Assembly: GCA_964187785.1 (NCBI GenBank)
Contig: OZ076409.1
Coordinates: forward strand, 95,668,001-95,732,000
Length of the DNA: 64,000 nucleotides
DNA from: Amphiscolops sp. MND2022
Lineage: Eukaryota
Direction of reading: 5' to 3'
Shown: piece after piece, positions 44,657 to 59,317 of the stretch
Layout of the letters: each line of letters begins with the position of its first letter
Position numbering within the stretch: position 1 is the first letter of the stretch
Position numbers and translations under genes: made by a program
The notes under the pieces: generated by a model
Told to the model about the DNA's origin: nothing
Seen by the model: the letters and a program-made list of their open reading frames with translations, nothing else
The model's database searches: none

Positions 44657-46083
44657 GACGCATACGTGTAAAATTTTGGTAAAAAGATGGATCTTTTTGT
44701 TCCAGCGCTCAAATACCCAAAACTATACACAGAAATCCAATTTTTGACATTTTCAAAGCTTGTTTGTTGGTGATTGAGATTTTTAAGAGATTACCGAGAA
44801 ATGTGTCGATCATGAACCAAAGTCCATCCATGATTTTCTAACACGTTTCATCATTCAACAATTTTTCAGAACCAATGGAGAAATTCATTTGATTTTTAGC
44901 AGGCGATAGGCATTTTTCTTTAACTTTCTGTCAAAGAAAACCTTTTTACACAAGGTTAATTCCTTTTTTCTGGTGTAAAATTGATGAGACTCTTCTCAAT
45001 AATTGTTCTCGAGCAAATTTTAATGATTTTGTACTATTTGAGCCTTAAGAATGGCAAAGACTTGCTCCGTTGGCGGCTTGTTTTCTGTTCCCTTTCGGAA
45101 CTGCTTGAAATTTTACATGATCTTGTAGGCTACCAAGCTAATTCTCCATGATTTTATAAAATTCTCAAAGAAACATCCAAACATTAAAACTTCATTGATT
45201 CGATTTAATTTTATCAAGCTGCCTATAAGGTGCATCCTAAGTTTGGCGGCAATTCTGTGCCGCAAAGTTTTGCTGGTTTCATTAGGACGCCGTTCATGAG
45301 ACCTTCATCAATTTCACCGCGATTTTAATGCAAATGAACTTCAGTTACATTTTAGGTTTCAAAGTAGCGTCATATTCAGCGTGCTATTTGACTAACGGTG
45401 ATCACATAGGATACTTTACTTGAGAAACTTACGCGTGAAAACAAACTACTTGAAGTGATCGCGGTGGTGAAGAAGTGGAAATGTTTTCAGTTTTAATTCA
45501 AATAGTGGAGACTGCATTGTAATCCTACAAAATGTTTCCATGCATGGTCCCTGAATTTTCCATGTTTTGTAAAAAAATTTACCCTGCATGTTTCCATACA
45601 GCATGTAATCTCGACTAGGGTTAGGAAGTGATTTCTTTAAGCCTATAGAGTCTCAAGCCTAAGCAAACAGTTTGGGTGTTCAACACAGACCAATGTCGAG
45701 TAAATTCAAAAAATAACGAGATTACAAGCCGGTAACGATATAAGTTGACGCCGCTGACGACTCAAAAAGAGCAGAAGTACTTCAAAGCGTGAAGGAATCT
45801 TTTGTGAAAAATCTCATAGTGCCGAAAAATTCAAAATGGGTCTAAAAGGGCTCCCGCAAGAAATACAAAAAACAAGCCTTTTCTCTTTTCTGTTTTATTA
45901 TCAAAAACGTCAAAAGCCCAAAGCGAGATCCCTTTTGTGAAAAGAAGTTTTTCCAGAAAAAACTCTAATTTCCGAAAATTACGCTCAAAATCTTTGTCAA
46001 TCCAAAACATTTCAAAAAGTGAATGCTAGACCTTTTCAATAAATTTGAAAGTTTGTAGAAATTCATAATGTTTGTACATTTTT

Positions 46084-48516
46084 GAGGCTTCGAGCGAGCG
46101 AAGCGAAGCGACGAAGTCTCTATTGTTCCGCGTTTACTAGCGTTTTGGTTTTTTTTTCGCGTGACATACCCTCTGCATTTGTATTAATTGAAGGCTATTT
46201 TCTCAGAGCCTATTTTTCCGCGACCATCCAAACTTTCCAAAAAGAAACGCAACTTGATGCTCTTTCTAACCGTGTAAAAACTTTCCGAAAATTTTCCACC
46301 GGCGCGATTTTATTAGCTTCGAAAGCGCGAAATTTTCGAAAATTTTTAGGGTTTTTGTCGATTTTGCTATTTTTCTTTTCGCAAACCACAGCGAATTGGC
46401 CCGATGTAGGTACTAACCGACGTAAAACGATGTTTTCTTTAATTTGGTGAAAGTTTTTTTATCCTAGAATTATTGGGTTTTGCGAAAATGACCATTAAAA
46501 ATAAGAAAAAATTTTCGGTTTTTTTGCGTAAAAAATTTCTCAACCTATTTTCAAGTAGCAATCAGTTCTAATCCAAGCAGTGGTGTTTCTACTCGATAAC
46601 AGGTCTGCTTAGCTGCCCAAAGTTAGAAATTGGAAAGTCACAACGTTTACGTCGGACAGATAGAGACAAAAAAGTTTTCAAATTTTTTGAATTTTTGATA
46701 AATTGCTCTCTTTATTCAATTTTGTAAAAGTTTTGGCCTATTTTCTCGGAGCCTAATACTTCGAGACCATCCAAAAACTCAACAAATTGTTGGAACTGAA
46801 TTTGTTGGTGAAGATTTAAATGTTGTTGGATTTTCGGGCAGTGAGAAAATAGCGATTCAATATCGAAAATTTTTTTGGAACATAATTTTTTTCGAAAATT
46901 TTGGAGCTTTCACTAATTTTGCTCATTTCTACATTACAAACAACGTCGACCCGGCATAAAGTACGTCCTATCCGACTTCTTTCACATGTTTAAAGTTTCA
47001 ATGTGCTACATTTTTTGGTGGTTGAGAAAATGGCGATTGAATATCTGAAAATTTACGTTTTTTCCCAATTTTTTCCAAGCTTTTTTCTGTTAATAGTTCT
47101 GTTCATTTTTGATTTTTTGGCCGTTTTCTCACAAGAGATTGCTTCAGGACGATTCGAAAAACAGCAATATTTTGTTCTTTAGCAGTTTTTCCAGAAATTT
47201 TTGGCCGGTGCGTATTTATAACGAAATACGAAAACCGCAAATTTTTATTTTTTTTGCAGACTTTGCTCCTTTCCTGTAATCAAACCACTTGGAACCGCGG
47301 CAGTGTAGGAACTGACCGTCATTCAGGACTGTGATATTAGCCTGGATAAAAGAATTCATTGATACGCGAATTTGCCGTCGAAAAAACTGCGATTGAAAAT
47401 TCTTCCGGAAATAGTTTATGAGCCGATTTTTACTAGTTATCGGTTCAATGGGATCTCATATCATTTCCGCTCAAACCATATAGTCCTAAGATTGTAGGCG
47501 AATTGCTCGAAGCAATTAGATGCATGCGGAAAGTACTCGAATAGACGAGATAAATGCGCTGTGGAACGTCTTTCTACGCAAATTTGGGTTTTTTCTCAAA
47601 CAATTAAACTTCATACATTAAAGGTCGTTCGTGGTGCGGGCCTTCTGATTCTTTTCGAGTGATACTCGGATCGCAATCAGTAAAACGAGAAAACCACCCA
47701 CAGGTCGTTAAAGGTGCGGGCCTACTATTCTGTGAGGAATAGTGAAACGAGAAAACCGGTTTATGAGCACATTACGAGGTAACGTCCAAAATTAGCATTT
47801 GGTTCGACTGTTATTAGATTATCTCTTATTCAAATGTTAAATCGGTTATTCAAATTCCTGTTTTTTCGTGGATTGATTAGTTATTGATGATGTGGTTGTT
47901 TGAAGCGTAAAACCGCGAAATTTCCGTTCTTAACGTATTCTATCCAGTGAATATCTGCACAGAAGGTATTATGCATTACCGCAATATTCTTGAGAGATTT
48001 GATGTCATATGCAACGATTAAATCAAGACAACACTAAGTTATATTCACACCTCGCTGTGCAATGATATTCAACTACGTTGTATTGAAAACAAAAATGATT
48101 TCGGATCTTTTCGTGATTTTGCCCCATTCGCAAATTTTAACAGGTTATTCATCCTCTGGAATACGTTTCCAACGGTGCCCACTGATGCTGGAAGGTTGTT
48201 TGATGCACAATTCAGCTAATTTTTAGAACTGAAAGTATACTTGCTAGTGATGGCACATATCAACCGTCCTATTGATAACTAGGGCAGCCCTTCCTTTTAT
48301 ATAGTGGTAAAGGCCGAAAAAGTTAAGCTTCATAGGATTAATACCCGCAATTCTTTTCAATTTCATTGTATTTTGAGCATTCTCGTGCCGTATATAACCT
48401 TAGCTATTCGTCATAGCTAATAACTTGATAATATGGTTCAAATGCACATGATGATAGTCAATTATGGCTGCGGGACCTGTCGCTCGAAGCCGTGCGCAAA
48501 TTCCTTTGCGCCTATG
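46084..48516 (+). mobile_element. HINE family B, ~2.4 kb
   Basis: 5' T-run|GAGGCTTCGAGCG...CGAAGTCTC hairpin; 3' CGCTCGAAGCC + stem-loop GCGCAAA-TTCC-TTTGCGC + T-run. Confidence 0.7.
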
Positions 48517-48609
48517 TTTTTATGATCACTTCGGGTTGAAAAAATCATGACGGAAAGGCACTATAATAGTCGGGTTTTGTTTTGTAAAGCGCCGACTAAA
48601 AATGTGCCA

Positions 48610-48968
48610 GCTTTTAGTCGGCGCTTTTCTTAAGAAAAGAGCCCGACTATTACAGTCACTCTTTTTTTCTTTAAGACAGACTCGAAGCGACGAACGTTAA
48701 CGTTCAGTATGTTCAACTAAAGTAAAATACTTTTTTTCGGCACCATGCAACTTTTTTTGAAATTTTTTTTGTCCGCAAAGGGTCCCCCTTTGTTTTTTTT
48801 TTACTTTTTAAACGTATCCTACAAAACCGAACGAGTGTAAAGGGCCCCTTTCGTTTTTTTTCGCCACTTTGCGACTTTTTCTCTAATTTTTTTTGTCTCC
48901 AAAGGTTCCCCCTTCGATTTTTTTTTGAGCCTTTGATATAGCGCCGACTTGAGACGTTCCCGTCTTGC
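48610..48968 (+). mobile_element. HINE family A copy, head-to-head with another 5' end at ~48555-48602
   Basis: TTTTAGTCGGCGCTTTTCTTAAGAAAAGAGCCCGACT ... GCGCCGACTTGAGACGTTCCCGTCTTG. Confidence 0.75.
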
Positions 48969-50559
48969 TAATGTTATAATCAAATTATGTCGGATCTTAA
49001 GGGGACGAAGACATTTCAAGTACTGCTTCCGTATAGGCGATTCGGAACTCTATATGCATAAATACGTGAACTAGCTTTCATAACAGTGGAGCCTGTTTTG
49101 TTTAAAATATTTTAATCTTTTGTCAAACAATTGAGGCTGGAAGGTATCTGATATTTTTCTCTAAAGCTGTATTAGCAGAATATACAAAAATATCGCAGTG
49201 CTTATTGTTCACACTCATATTTTTGAACGGAAGCTCTGAGTAAAGTGAACAAACTCGGAAATTGTTTTAAGAGCACAGAAAAATAGTCAGTTTTTGTTCG
49301 TTTTGAATGTTTCACCCAATAGAAACAAAAACGACCTTATTTTTGAAAAGATTCGATGTTTTTTCAGTATATTTATAAGAACATGCAAGTTTCATTCAAA
49401 CAAAACGATGCATAGACACTGGATTTTTCAAATGCTTAAAAGCTGGTATTGCATTTTGGTTCTTGTTGACACTATACCAGTTCATTTCGTCAACACTTCC
49501 TTGTGTCTCATGCATATTTTTTACACACAACGAGAACGTTGCAAGTGTTTCTAGTTTGCTTTTCTCTTCTCAACCAATTTTTCCACGTTATTCACAGCCA
49601 GTACATTTCATTTTACTAAGCCTACTATCTCTAGTACAATCATTTTGGTATGCTTTAATTCACAGTTTTATCGTATCGTTATTTTTTTTTCATTTCATGT
49701 TCCATTAAGTTTGGTTTTTACAAGCGTTGTCACATCCAGATATAACCGCTCGGGTACAAAATTGGCGAAGCGAAAACTGTAAGTCAAACTTTTCTCGTAA
49801 TTTGAAAGCCTTATAAATAGTTCACTATTTCATGCATCGCTGCGTGAAAAAAAACTAGGAACTTAACTTTTGGCAACTCTCCAAAGCATCTTCTATAGTT
49901 TTCACTATAGTAATAGTTAATAGCTCTAGTTAAGCTATCTCGTCCTTATATAAATTATTCGGTCCAAATTCTAAAAAGACCCAGTGTTTCCTAAAAACAA
50001 TGGTTTCTCATAATAAACTTTCAAATGAAAGCAGACTTGAGACAATATTATAGTTTATTTTCCTACGCCGAGAGCAAAAAATGTTCACGCTGTCAAGTCT
50101 ATTACCGATAAAGTACAAAGCTCAGAAAAAGACATTTTGCAATAAAATCAACGGAAATGGGCTTTCATGGCATTGTGTTTCATTAAAAGGTGCTTCTTGA
50201 TGTGAATTTAATATTTGCGTTCAGCTGCATTTCAACTATATGAAAATTTTCGACGCAGGCGCCAAAACCTGTCTTAAACCTCTTACAAAAATACAAAGAA
50301 AAACCTTGGTGTTAGAAATTACATTGAAGAAGACTCCGACTGAGCCGTTCGAAAATCTCAGCAATTACATGCTTTTAGGATTCGAGTGTAGCCATTAAAG
50401 TACAAAACTGCAGAAAAGTTCGAAAATCGAAAACATTGACACTTTCCGGTTCATCTTATCCTTCTTGTGAAAAAACTTTTCTGCTAAAACACTGATTATT
50501 TCGGTGTTCAAAAACATCCGAAACTGTACCATTTCCAAAAACTGTAAACCCATTCCGGT

Positions 50560-51402
50560 ATCGTAATCTTTTTTATTCTACCTATCATATGTATTCCGCT
50601 TGATTAGTTCGATTGTTTTTTTTTTCAGTTCCGGTGTTTTTCTTTCATTTTGTTATCGGGTTTTTTATCGGTAATGGCGATCATGTATTTTGATATCAAC
50701 AGTTCGTCAGCCGAAATTGTGTAAGAGTTACTTTCTTTTTAAATTTCAATCAGTCGTCTCCAACACTCGTCCGGTGTTGCCCAAAAGAAAACTCCTCGGT
50801 TGTGGTACGTGTTTCGTTTCGGCGGATAGTATTCGGTAAACAACCGGATCAGGTCTTTTTGTATACTATGGGGTTCCGTTTCATGTTTAGCTCTGGTTAT
50901 CAGATAGATTGCTTCGGGTCCCACGCCCAAATGAAATCGTTTTGTATAGTTTGTTCTCTCTTGGTTCAATAGGATTCTGTGATATTTTCTCCTTTTAGCA
51001 ATGGTGCAATGTTTATTTGTGTTCTCGTTTGGAGACGTGTCGGGATCTCTCAAACCACTGTCTCGATGTGAATACCGGATTTCCATCCGTAGCTGTTGCT
51101 TCTAGGCTCGGTACTATATTTCTTTCCGCCATTGGTAATTTGATAACAAGAAGTTCGTTAGAACTTGGTAAAAATTGGCTGACTAAAAAACACCATGTTG
51201 TATTCTACGGTCTAAGTTAAAAAAACGAAGATTGTAAAAGAAGACGCCCGCTATGTACCGGGATTGTTTCCGCCTTCAATTGGCTAACACTAGACATTTA
51301 ATCAGGTCTAAGTTAGAAAAAAAACGAAGATTGTAAAAGAAGACACCCGCTATGTACCGGGATTGTTTTCGCCTTCAATTGGCTAACAGTAGACACTTAA
51401 TC
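50560..51402 (-). mobile_element. Degenerate LTR retrotransposon 5' fragment (LTR end, PBS-like site, gag-like ORF)
   Basis: Minus strand ...GAATACAACA|TGGTG at 51196/51195; gag-like DLIRLFTEYYPPKRNTYHNRGVFFW...CWRRLIEI; ~97-bp direct duplication at 51209-51402. Confidence 0.5.
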
Positions 51403-52791
51403 GAAAATTAACCTTTTCCTTGGTAAGAAGCAATTTCCTTGGAATATAACGTCAAAATCGGGATATACTGCATTTTTTTGAACCTCCGCTTCCTCCGTAA
51501 TGAAACACAATTAACTTCGGAAATAACATCGAAAATTCGGATATAGCGTGCTGGGACAAATGGGAGCGCTTGTTTTGAATATCTGCCTCCTCCTTAGTAA
51601 AACGCAAAACTAAATGTAAAATGAAGTAAAAAGTGGAGATTTGGCAGAATTTGAAAAAAAAACGAATTACAGATTATAAACTGTTGTTTTTCTGGAAACA
51701 ACATTTTTGAAAAGTCAATAATATCCTTTTTTGTAAGTTGCAAGCACTCTGCCGGTGTGTGGTATTCGTTCTCACATTTCACAGAGCTGATAACAACAAC
51801 AACAACCGAAACAGAATGCTGAACAAAAAATCAATGGGAAACATCACAAAAAAGCAAAAAATCGTATTTATGAGAAAGACTTGGCATTCGAAAACGCAAG
51901 AAATTGACGCAATCCTACACAAAAAACTCCACTAAAAAGCATGGAGGTCTGAAGAAACCGGAAGTAACAAACCAAAAATGTATTCATGACAGAAATTTCG
52001 AATAAATCCAAGCAGTGAAAAAAGTGCTTGAAATGTATAGAAATATTATGTTTTCTTTCGAGTTTACAAAAAGATCCACTAACTAATGCCAGGAAACACT
52101 GGGTAGGTGGACATTTTTGTTTCCCGCTTGCAACATTTGGCATTCAAAAAAATTTGGATACATAATATTTGCAACACTTTGGATACATAATATAAATGAA
52201 ACTCTGAGTATATAATTCTTGATCTTAGGTCAATCTCTGCTCAAATTAATTTAATTATACGAATGAAAACTCGTAGTAAAATTTTTAGTATTTCAGAATA
52301 AATGCCTTAAACGAGAGAGATTTTAATGAGAACTTTTGGTTTAGGAGGTTTTGGGATGTATCTTGGGTTTGGAAATTTTACAAACAACACTAAACCCCCC
52401 CCCCCCCAATCACACGTGTGAAATTATATATTATATGGAAGTATTGGAAAGTTGTTTAGAAAGTTGTATAGAATGTTTCAGAAACTTTTAAAACAGTAAT
52501 TTTGGTATAAATGACTAGATAAAAATTAAGTTTATATAAGGTGTTTCGGAAAGCACCCTAATTTTCAATCAGAATAGTCAAAATTATCCAAGACGTTTTC
52601 AAAATTCCAACTATATTAGTTTAAAAAACACATGAAAATCAACGTTTTTTTGATAATCTGATAAAATATTACAGAAAAACCACATTACATCAAAAATAGC
52701 CGAATGCTGAAAACGTTTCATGTTGGGAAACAACCAGTTACAGTATAGTATCGATACTTGTTACTGAACAACAACACAGTTACTTTCGGAA

Positions 52792-55700
52792 ATGCCAGGG
52801 CCGTCCCATAAATTCCAATTCCCACAGAACGCCCTCTACCGGGATTATGATGACGTTTTAGAGCCCTCAGACGTTGAAAACATGGTAGTGAGTTCGGGGG
52901 GCCAGAGGAACTCTTTATGGAAGCAACAGAAGAAGCTGTGCAAGAGGTCTCGTAGCCTCTTTGAAGACCCATACTTCCCGGCAGACATGTCCTCCTGTTT
53001 CCGAACCAGACGACCTGCCAGCGATTTCCTGTGGAAAAGACCTCGGGTTAGAAGAGCACTTTCACGTGTTTTCCATTTATTTGTTATCAGTGGGCACAAT
53101 TTAGCAGGAAATGGGTGCGACTATTACAGTGACAAGTTATTTGTCACGTGACAAATAATAATGTCCAGTATTGGTCATAAACGGTAATTTATCCATTTCA
53201 ATTGATCTTTCCAGAAGTGGTGGTCAATCTTTGAGGGGCTCGTTTGTCATTTTGATTTCTTTTCGGCGGATGAAATTAGATATGTTAGACATTTTGGAAC
53301 TTCCAAAATGTCTAACATGTCTAATTTCATCCGCCGAAAAGAAATCAAAATGACAAACGAGCCCCTCAAAGTTCGACTACCACTTCTGGGAAGATCAATT
53401 GGAATGGACAAATTACCGTTTATGACCAATACTGGACATTTTCCAGTCACCAAAATTACGGTGATTGGTACAAGTTATCCTCGAAGTTTTGGAGTGATGG
53501 AGAGATTCAAATGGCCGAACCTTGGTCAGCTAAAATACTCGCTAAAATAGTTGAAGAAAAATGCAGTACATTGGTTCCCTAAAAGCTGCAGAAAAACGTA
53601 TTACCGATAAATCTTGAAAAAAGTGGCACATTTCTGTATAGGTTCTCCAGATGTGTATGATTCTTCAAGATTCAGTGCAACTATCTTTGCAGAACCCTGC
53701 AGAAAAAAAAGTTGCAGATCTGCACAGATTCGCAAAGATCAAAAACCTGGGCCATGTATTAGTTCATGAGCTCTTATTAAATCAAACTGCGTTCTTGCAC
53801 TAGCTTCGTGAAAACACTGTGAAATTTCATAGAGAAAATTCTAAGCATTCTTGAGTTCACCACGATAATAAAACTACTATGATATCAAATTTTCAACGAT
53901 AATAAAAGCGTCTAACGACCATTTTAGAGCATATTTTGCTGGAAACGGTTCCAAAACCAAACACATCATAGTAACGCAATTGGGGTCAGATCCGAAACTG
54001 AAATCTATGACAGCCGTTTTTAGAAGTCAAATGGTTTTTGAGGCTATGGATAGGTGATGACCAATCATGTCGAGTAGTAAGTAAACAACCAAGAAGGTTT
54101 CATGACGGACACTTAGTTTGCTTTTTTTCAATTCTTGACCATCCATTGTGTGTTTTCTTCAGGACATTGTGAAGAATCCAAAAATGTTCACAGACGGGGC
54201 ATCAAGATTCGACATCACTCAGGGCAAACTTGGTAAGTGAGACCTCGACAGAAATGAAAGACTCAACAAAATCTTCCGAGTTGCATGGCTTAATTCAATT
54301 ATATATGTTTTGAATCAACACAACCTAATGAACTGACCGACGTTCCAGGAATAGGAAAACAATTTGGGAATGGCCCAAGTCGGCAACTACCCAAGGTTCA
54401 AAAAGAGCAAAGTGTTTGAAATATTCAAGGAACCACCATTGCGAAGCTTTTCAATTATCATACAGTGCCAAAAAATACACGAAAGTGTACCCTTGAGACT
54501 CGAAAACAGCTTTTTTTTCAGAACTGGAAACATCAAAAAACCCAATTTTTAAAAAATTAAAATCTCAAAAAAAGTCGCACAGCGCCGAAAAATCCAAAGG
54601 TGGGACACTTCGGTCTCGTTTATTTTTTGCAAAACAAAAACAGAAAAAAGCCCATCCTAAGATTCAAACCCCTTGCTTTACAGCCACGCACTTTTCCATT
54701 ACGCCAAGCCCGAAGTTGTTAGGAGAAATTTATCAAAATTTATAAAAGTGAACATTTCACGGTGACTGAAGAAAAAACTTGCCACTGTAAGCGTCGTGCT
54801 CTCTTTTTCAAAAAGCGATGACTAAAAAACGGGAATAGCGACAGACATTATTCTGAAAAAATGGATAAAATATTTCTTTCTCTTTTTCTAGATAAAATAG
54901 TTTTTTTTCTCTTTGTTAACCTGGAATACTGTTTCTTTCGAAAATTTTGACTAATCGTAGACTTTTTTCCTTCATTTAGAAACTGTTGCATTTAATCAGA
55001 AATCGCAGTTACTTCGAGTTGCCGTATTTAACCATAACGGAATTATCAGTTATAAATGCCGCTTATTTTTCAGGCACAGTTGCTCAAAACAAAATATTTT
55101 GGCAGAAATATAACTTTTTGGAGCCATGGATTCAATAAACATTCAACAAACATCTTTTCAAGCTTGGTTTTGCAGATTTATGGAACCAACTTGGGATAAT
55201 AAAACAGTCAATTTATAACTTTTTTTTATCAGATCACAAGGCTTTATTGCACGTATAAACCCTGCATTAGATATAAGACACGAAAAACCTAACTAGTCTT
55301 TATTGTTTTTTGATTTCCAAGCCTTCACTTTCTTCAAAATTGATCTTAACTCTTGAAGTTTGCTTTAATGTTGGGCTTTGTTAATTTGTGTTCGTGTTAG
55401 GAATCACAAGCTAAGTTGGCTTCGCAAAATTGGCAATTATGTAGTCTCGCTTCCTAGTCAAAGGCGCTCAGAGAGTGACTTGTCAAAATAATCTTCAATT
55501 AGAAGCTCTTTTCACCTGCATTGAATTACAAAGTTTTGATAATAAGTTTCGAATTATCCAAGACAGAAAGTATGTATGGAATTTGAATGTACATTTCAAG
55601 TTCCCTTGAAAGATATTTAAAACTGTAACCAGATAGAAAGGCAAAGTAAGATGAAATAAATGGGTTTAATTGACCAGACGTTTCAGCTAAAATCAAATGC

Positions 55701-58700
55701 AATCAAGTCGAAACTTCTACAAACGTGTATATTTCCACGGAGTCATAAAAGTGGAATCAATCTCAAGCTTAAACAGATACTAGAAAATTTACACTTTATT
55801 GGGCAAAGCTGAGAAAACGCGAAAGTGGGGAAGAAATTTCATGCTCGACTTTCTCTAGTTTTGGCACAAAAACTAATGTTGAAAACTCAAACATTTACAA
55901 TGCTGTTTCTTTCTACCATTTTCGTTTTTGGAGACAAAGAGGAAATGGCAAGAGAAAAAATGATGAAAGCAAAAATTCGTTATATCTCGTTATTCTTTCT
56001 GAAACATGGCTGTGACGTACACCACTGCAGAAAGAAAACACTCCTTTTTACCTTTCACATGTTTGAAAACTTTAAGTTGTGAATTTAGCATTTTTCAAAC
56101 ACCAGCTAAGTTTCAATAACAGGAAAAACTCTTTTTTCGACTTTTCCGTCAACTCTCAAGCTTGCTTTATCACTCATCAGTTCAGAAACTGTTGTCTCTG
56201 AAGTTACAATACTCTTGTAGTCATTTTTAGTCGGCGCTTTTCTTTAGAAAAGAGTCGACTATAGTCATGGCTTTTCGTCAGTGTTTTTTTCCGACCACCT
56301 GAACTGACCAAAATAGTTCTACAAAAGTTCTACAAAATATTATTGCACCAAATTGCACCATTTGGTCTAGCGAACTACACCAAAAAGGTTTTTCCTGTTT
56401 TCCCGCGTAACGTACCATACCGGGCGAGACCAAAGGGTCCCCCCTTTCAGTTTTTTTGGCATTGTGAGACTTTTTTTCCGGAAAAAAATTTCCCTGAAGG
56501 GTCCCCCCTTCAATTTTTTGATGTTTTGCGACAAAATGGATGTTGAAAACCCCCATAGGTTCCACCCTTTCAGTTTTTTTCGGCACTGTGAGACGTTTTT
56601 TCCAAAAATTTTTTTTCATAAAAAGGTCCCCAACTCATCAATACTTTGACATATTGAAGTCCTTTTGCTATTTTTGAGCCTTAGGTATGGCGCCGACTTG
56701 GGCCGGTCCCGGCTTGTTCTTCAAGTCCTTAGAAGTTGTTGCTTTCAATCGGAGACCAAGTAATCGATCTACGCTTTTGGTTGAAGATTGTTTGAGTTAT
56801 AACAGAATACAGCTAAGGTAGCATCTGAGTTGGAACGGTCCGGACCTGTGTTTCGATAAGTGTAGAACAAAAAGGACAGAATTGAATTCGCTTCATTAAA
56901 AAATTGGTAGATGTTTCAAAACCGCTCACCGGACTTGAATGTGAAGTTCGGTTCCAACTCTGGGTAGCCATTTAAAATCAACATGAAATCCTTCCGTTCG
57001 ATAGATGAAATCCTTCCCGTTCATTACTTTTGAATTACAAAGACCTTTTGTACTTTTGGAAAAATAAAAATTGTCTAATTCCAACTTTTTGTAGAAAATT
57101 ACACTTACCAACTGCTAATACAAAGATACATAAAAGAGCACAAATTGAATTCTCAGTGATGACAAAAAGATCTGAATTTCTACGCAAATGTTTCTTCAAA
57201 AGAACATCACCCATGTGGAACACCGTGCCAAGAAAAACAATGAAAAAAATCAAATTTTTTCTTTTCCAAAGATACGAAAATGAAATAGACCGACGACAAT
57301 ATGAAATGAAATGTTGGAGTGTTTACCGTTTTACATAATTCGTCCCCATAATCACTCCCTTTTGTCCTTCAATTACGTTTCAATTAACTTATATTGTATA
57401 CACTGCCTCTTGAAATAGAAATGCACTTTTTATACTTTTTAAAACAGGGCATACAATGTTTTTCGTCGGAACCTTTTCCTTTAAGGGAACAAAGCCCGAC
57501 TATCACAGTGACAAGATTTTTTTGTCAGACAACAGAATGCATGCGTAGTGGACACTTTTTGCAGTTTTGAAGTTTTTGGCACTATGAGAATTTCAAAATT
57601 CTCATTTTTTTGTTTTTATCGAAAATTTTTTAATGTCTCCAAAGTGTCCCCCTTTGAGTTTTTTGATATTTTGCAGCAAACTGGATTCTCAAAAAGCCCA
57701 AAGGGTCCCTCTTTTACTATTTTAAAAACTTTGGGCTTTTTGAGCCTTAGATATTGCGCCGACTTTAGACGTTCCCGTCTTGTTTTAAAACAAGACGCCC
57801 GCGGACCAGCGGGATATTTTCCGCTCCAAATCATTTGAGCAACAAAATCGTTTTAAGTCCAAAAATCTTTAAATACATATCGCATGGAACTAAATTTATG
57901 TCAGTTGAATTCTGTGAATGTACTTCTTCATATTACGTGAACAATAATTCTTGGCAAATTTTGTAAAAAAAAACCCGTTTGATGTAAATATTTTCCTTTC
58001 CCATATGAAATATGGGCGGAAAATAATAAAAAATCATACTTTCTCTCCTATAGGCGACTGCTGGTTGTTGGCTTCTCTGGCGTGTTTGTCCCTACACGAT
58101 GACTTATTCCATCACGTAGTACCCAAAGACCAGGAGTTTGATGATCCAGACTACTGTGGCTGCTTCCGGTTCTACTTCTGGACCGATGGCGAGTGGAAAG
58201 AAGTACCCGCTTTTCAATCCTTTTCCCGCCATGAGGCTTTCTCCCATTCCTGAAAATTTGTCAGTCCACGTCGAATAGAAACACAGTTTTGCGCAAAAGC
58301 TCATGAAGCGTGTGATAAAAGATCTCACCATGATACTGTAAAAAACCCGGAACCTTGAAAAAATCATTGTTCAGATTGCATAATTTCGCTAAAAAAGTTG
58401 ATTCAAAAAGTTGTTGAAAAATTTACGTGATAAATGTTTCGTATGGCGTTTTTAAAGACCTACAAAAACGGAAAGACACTTTTATCACTCCTAACACGTG
58501 TATTTTGTTTCAACAAAAAAATTGAAAATGATCGAAAATATTGATGCGGAACATGTTTTTAAATCGCTGTGATACAATCACAGTTCTTGTCAAAAAATTT
58601 CCTTTGATACTTTTCGGACTGTAAGACATGCCTAAACACCTGCAGTTGTTATCTAAGAAAGAGTTCATCAAAAAAGATACGCCATTCGAGATTTCGTTTC

Positions 58701-58866
58701 ACTATAGCTTCTGATTTTTGTACCAATTTCAGCAACAGCGTTTTCTCCTTTTTTTTCAGGTTCTCATCGACGATAGACTCCCAACTTACAAGGGCGAACT
58801 GGTTTTTGTTCACTCGAGAGATTCCAACGAGTTCTGGAGTGCTCTGGTTGAAAAGGCCTACGCCAA
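52792..58866 (+). CDS. Calpain (CysPc) cysteine protease, 3'-partial; exons 52792-53046, 54163-54232, 58054-58202, 58760-58866
   Basis: LFEDPYFPAD...WKRPR|DIVKNPKMFTDGASRFDITQGKLG|DCWLLASLA...FRFYFW..GEWKE|VLIDDRLPT...NEFWSALVEKAYAK. The catalytic Cys motif QGxLGDCW is intact and intron phases are consistent. Confidence 0.95.
53160..53440. repeat. Near-perfect 281-bp foldback (hairpin) in calpain intron 1
   Basis: Arms are reverse complements around C53300 (…TTTTGGAA C TTCCAAAA…). Confidence 0.92.
56225..56718 (+). mobile_element. HINE family A copy
   Basis: TTTTTAGTCGGCGC... 3' GCGCCGACTTGGGCCGGTCCCGGCTTGTT. Confidence 0.78.
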
Positions 58867-59317
58867 GTGAGTAATAACTATTTTTACTGTGAAATCAGGA
58901 AGCGATTTCCAAAGGGCTTGCGCCCGCTCAGTAGGAAGCCTCGTGGCATCAAAAATGAGAAATTCAATAAACTCAAATAACTTGAGTTGTTGGGAAACCA
59001 CGAGTAGAAATGAATCGTACTTCCGCTCAAAGGATACCTTTACGATAAGACCGATTTTAAACAGCTTCCGCTATTGTACAAAAGTTCGAACGTGACACTT
59101 AGTTTGTTTTGCATGTTGTTGCAAACTTCGAAAAAGAGAACCTAATTTATAGAGATGGAGCTCTGAAGTTAAGATGGCGTTACAATGGAGTTCTGAAGTT
59201 AGAATTTTTCTTGAAATGTCTCCACGGGAGATATTTCTTGAAACTAGTATGGACATTTCTGTTCAGCTTTCAGGTTACACGTTTAACTCTAAAGTAGTGA
59301 ACAAGACTCTCCTGTAC

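Noticed and set aside
53171..53550. Mirror-image ORFs on both strands
   Set aside because: Artefact of the 281-bp palindrome.
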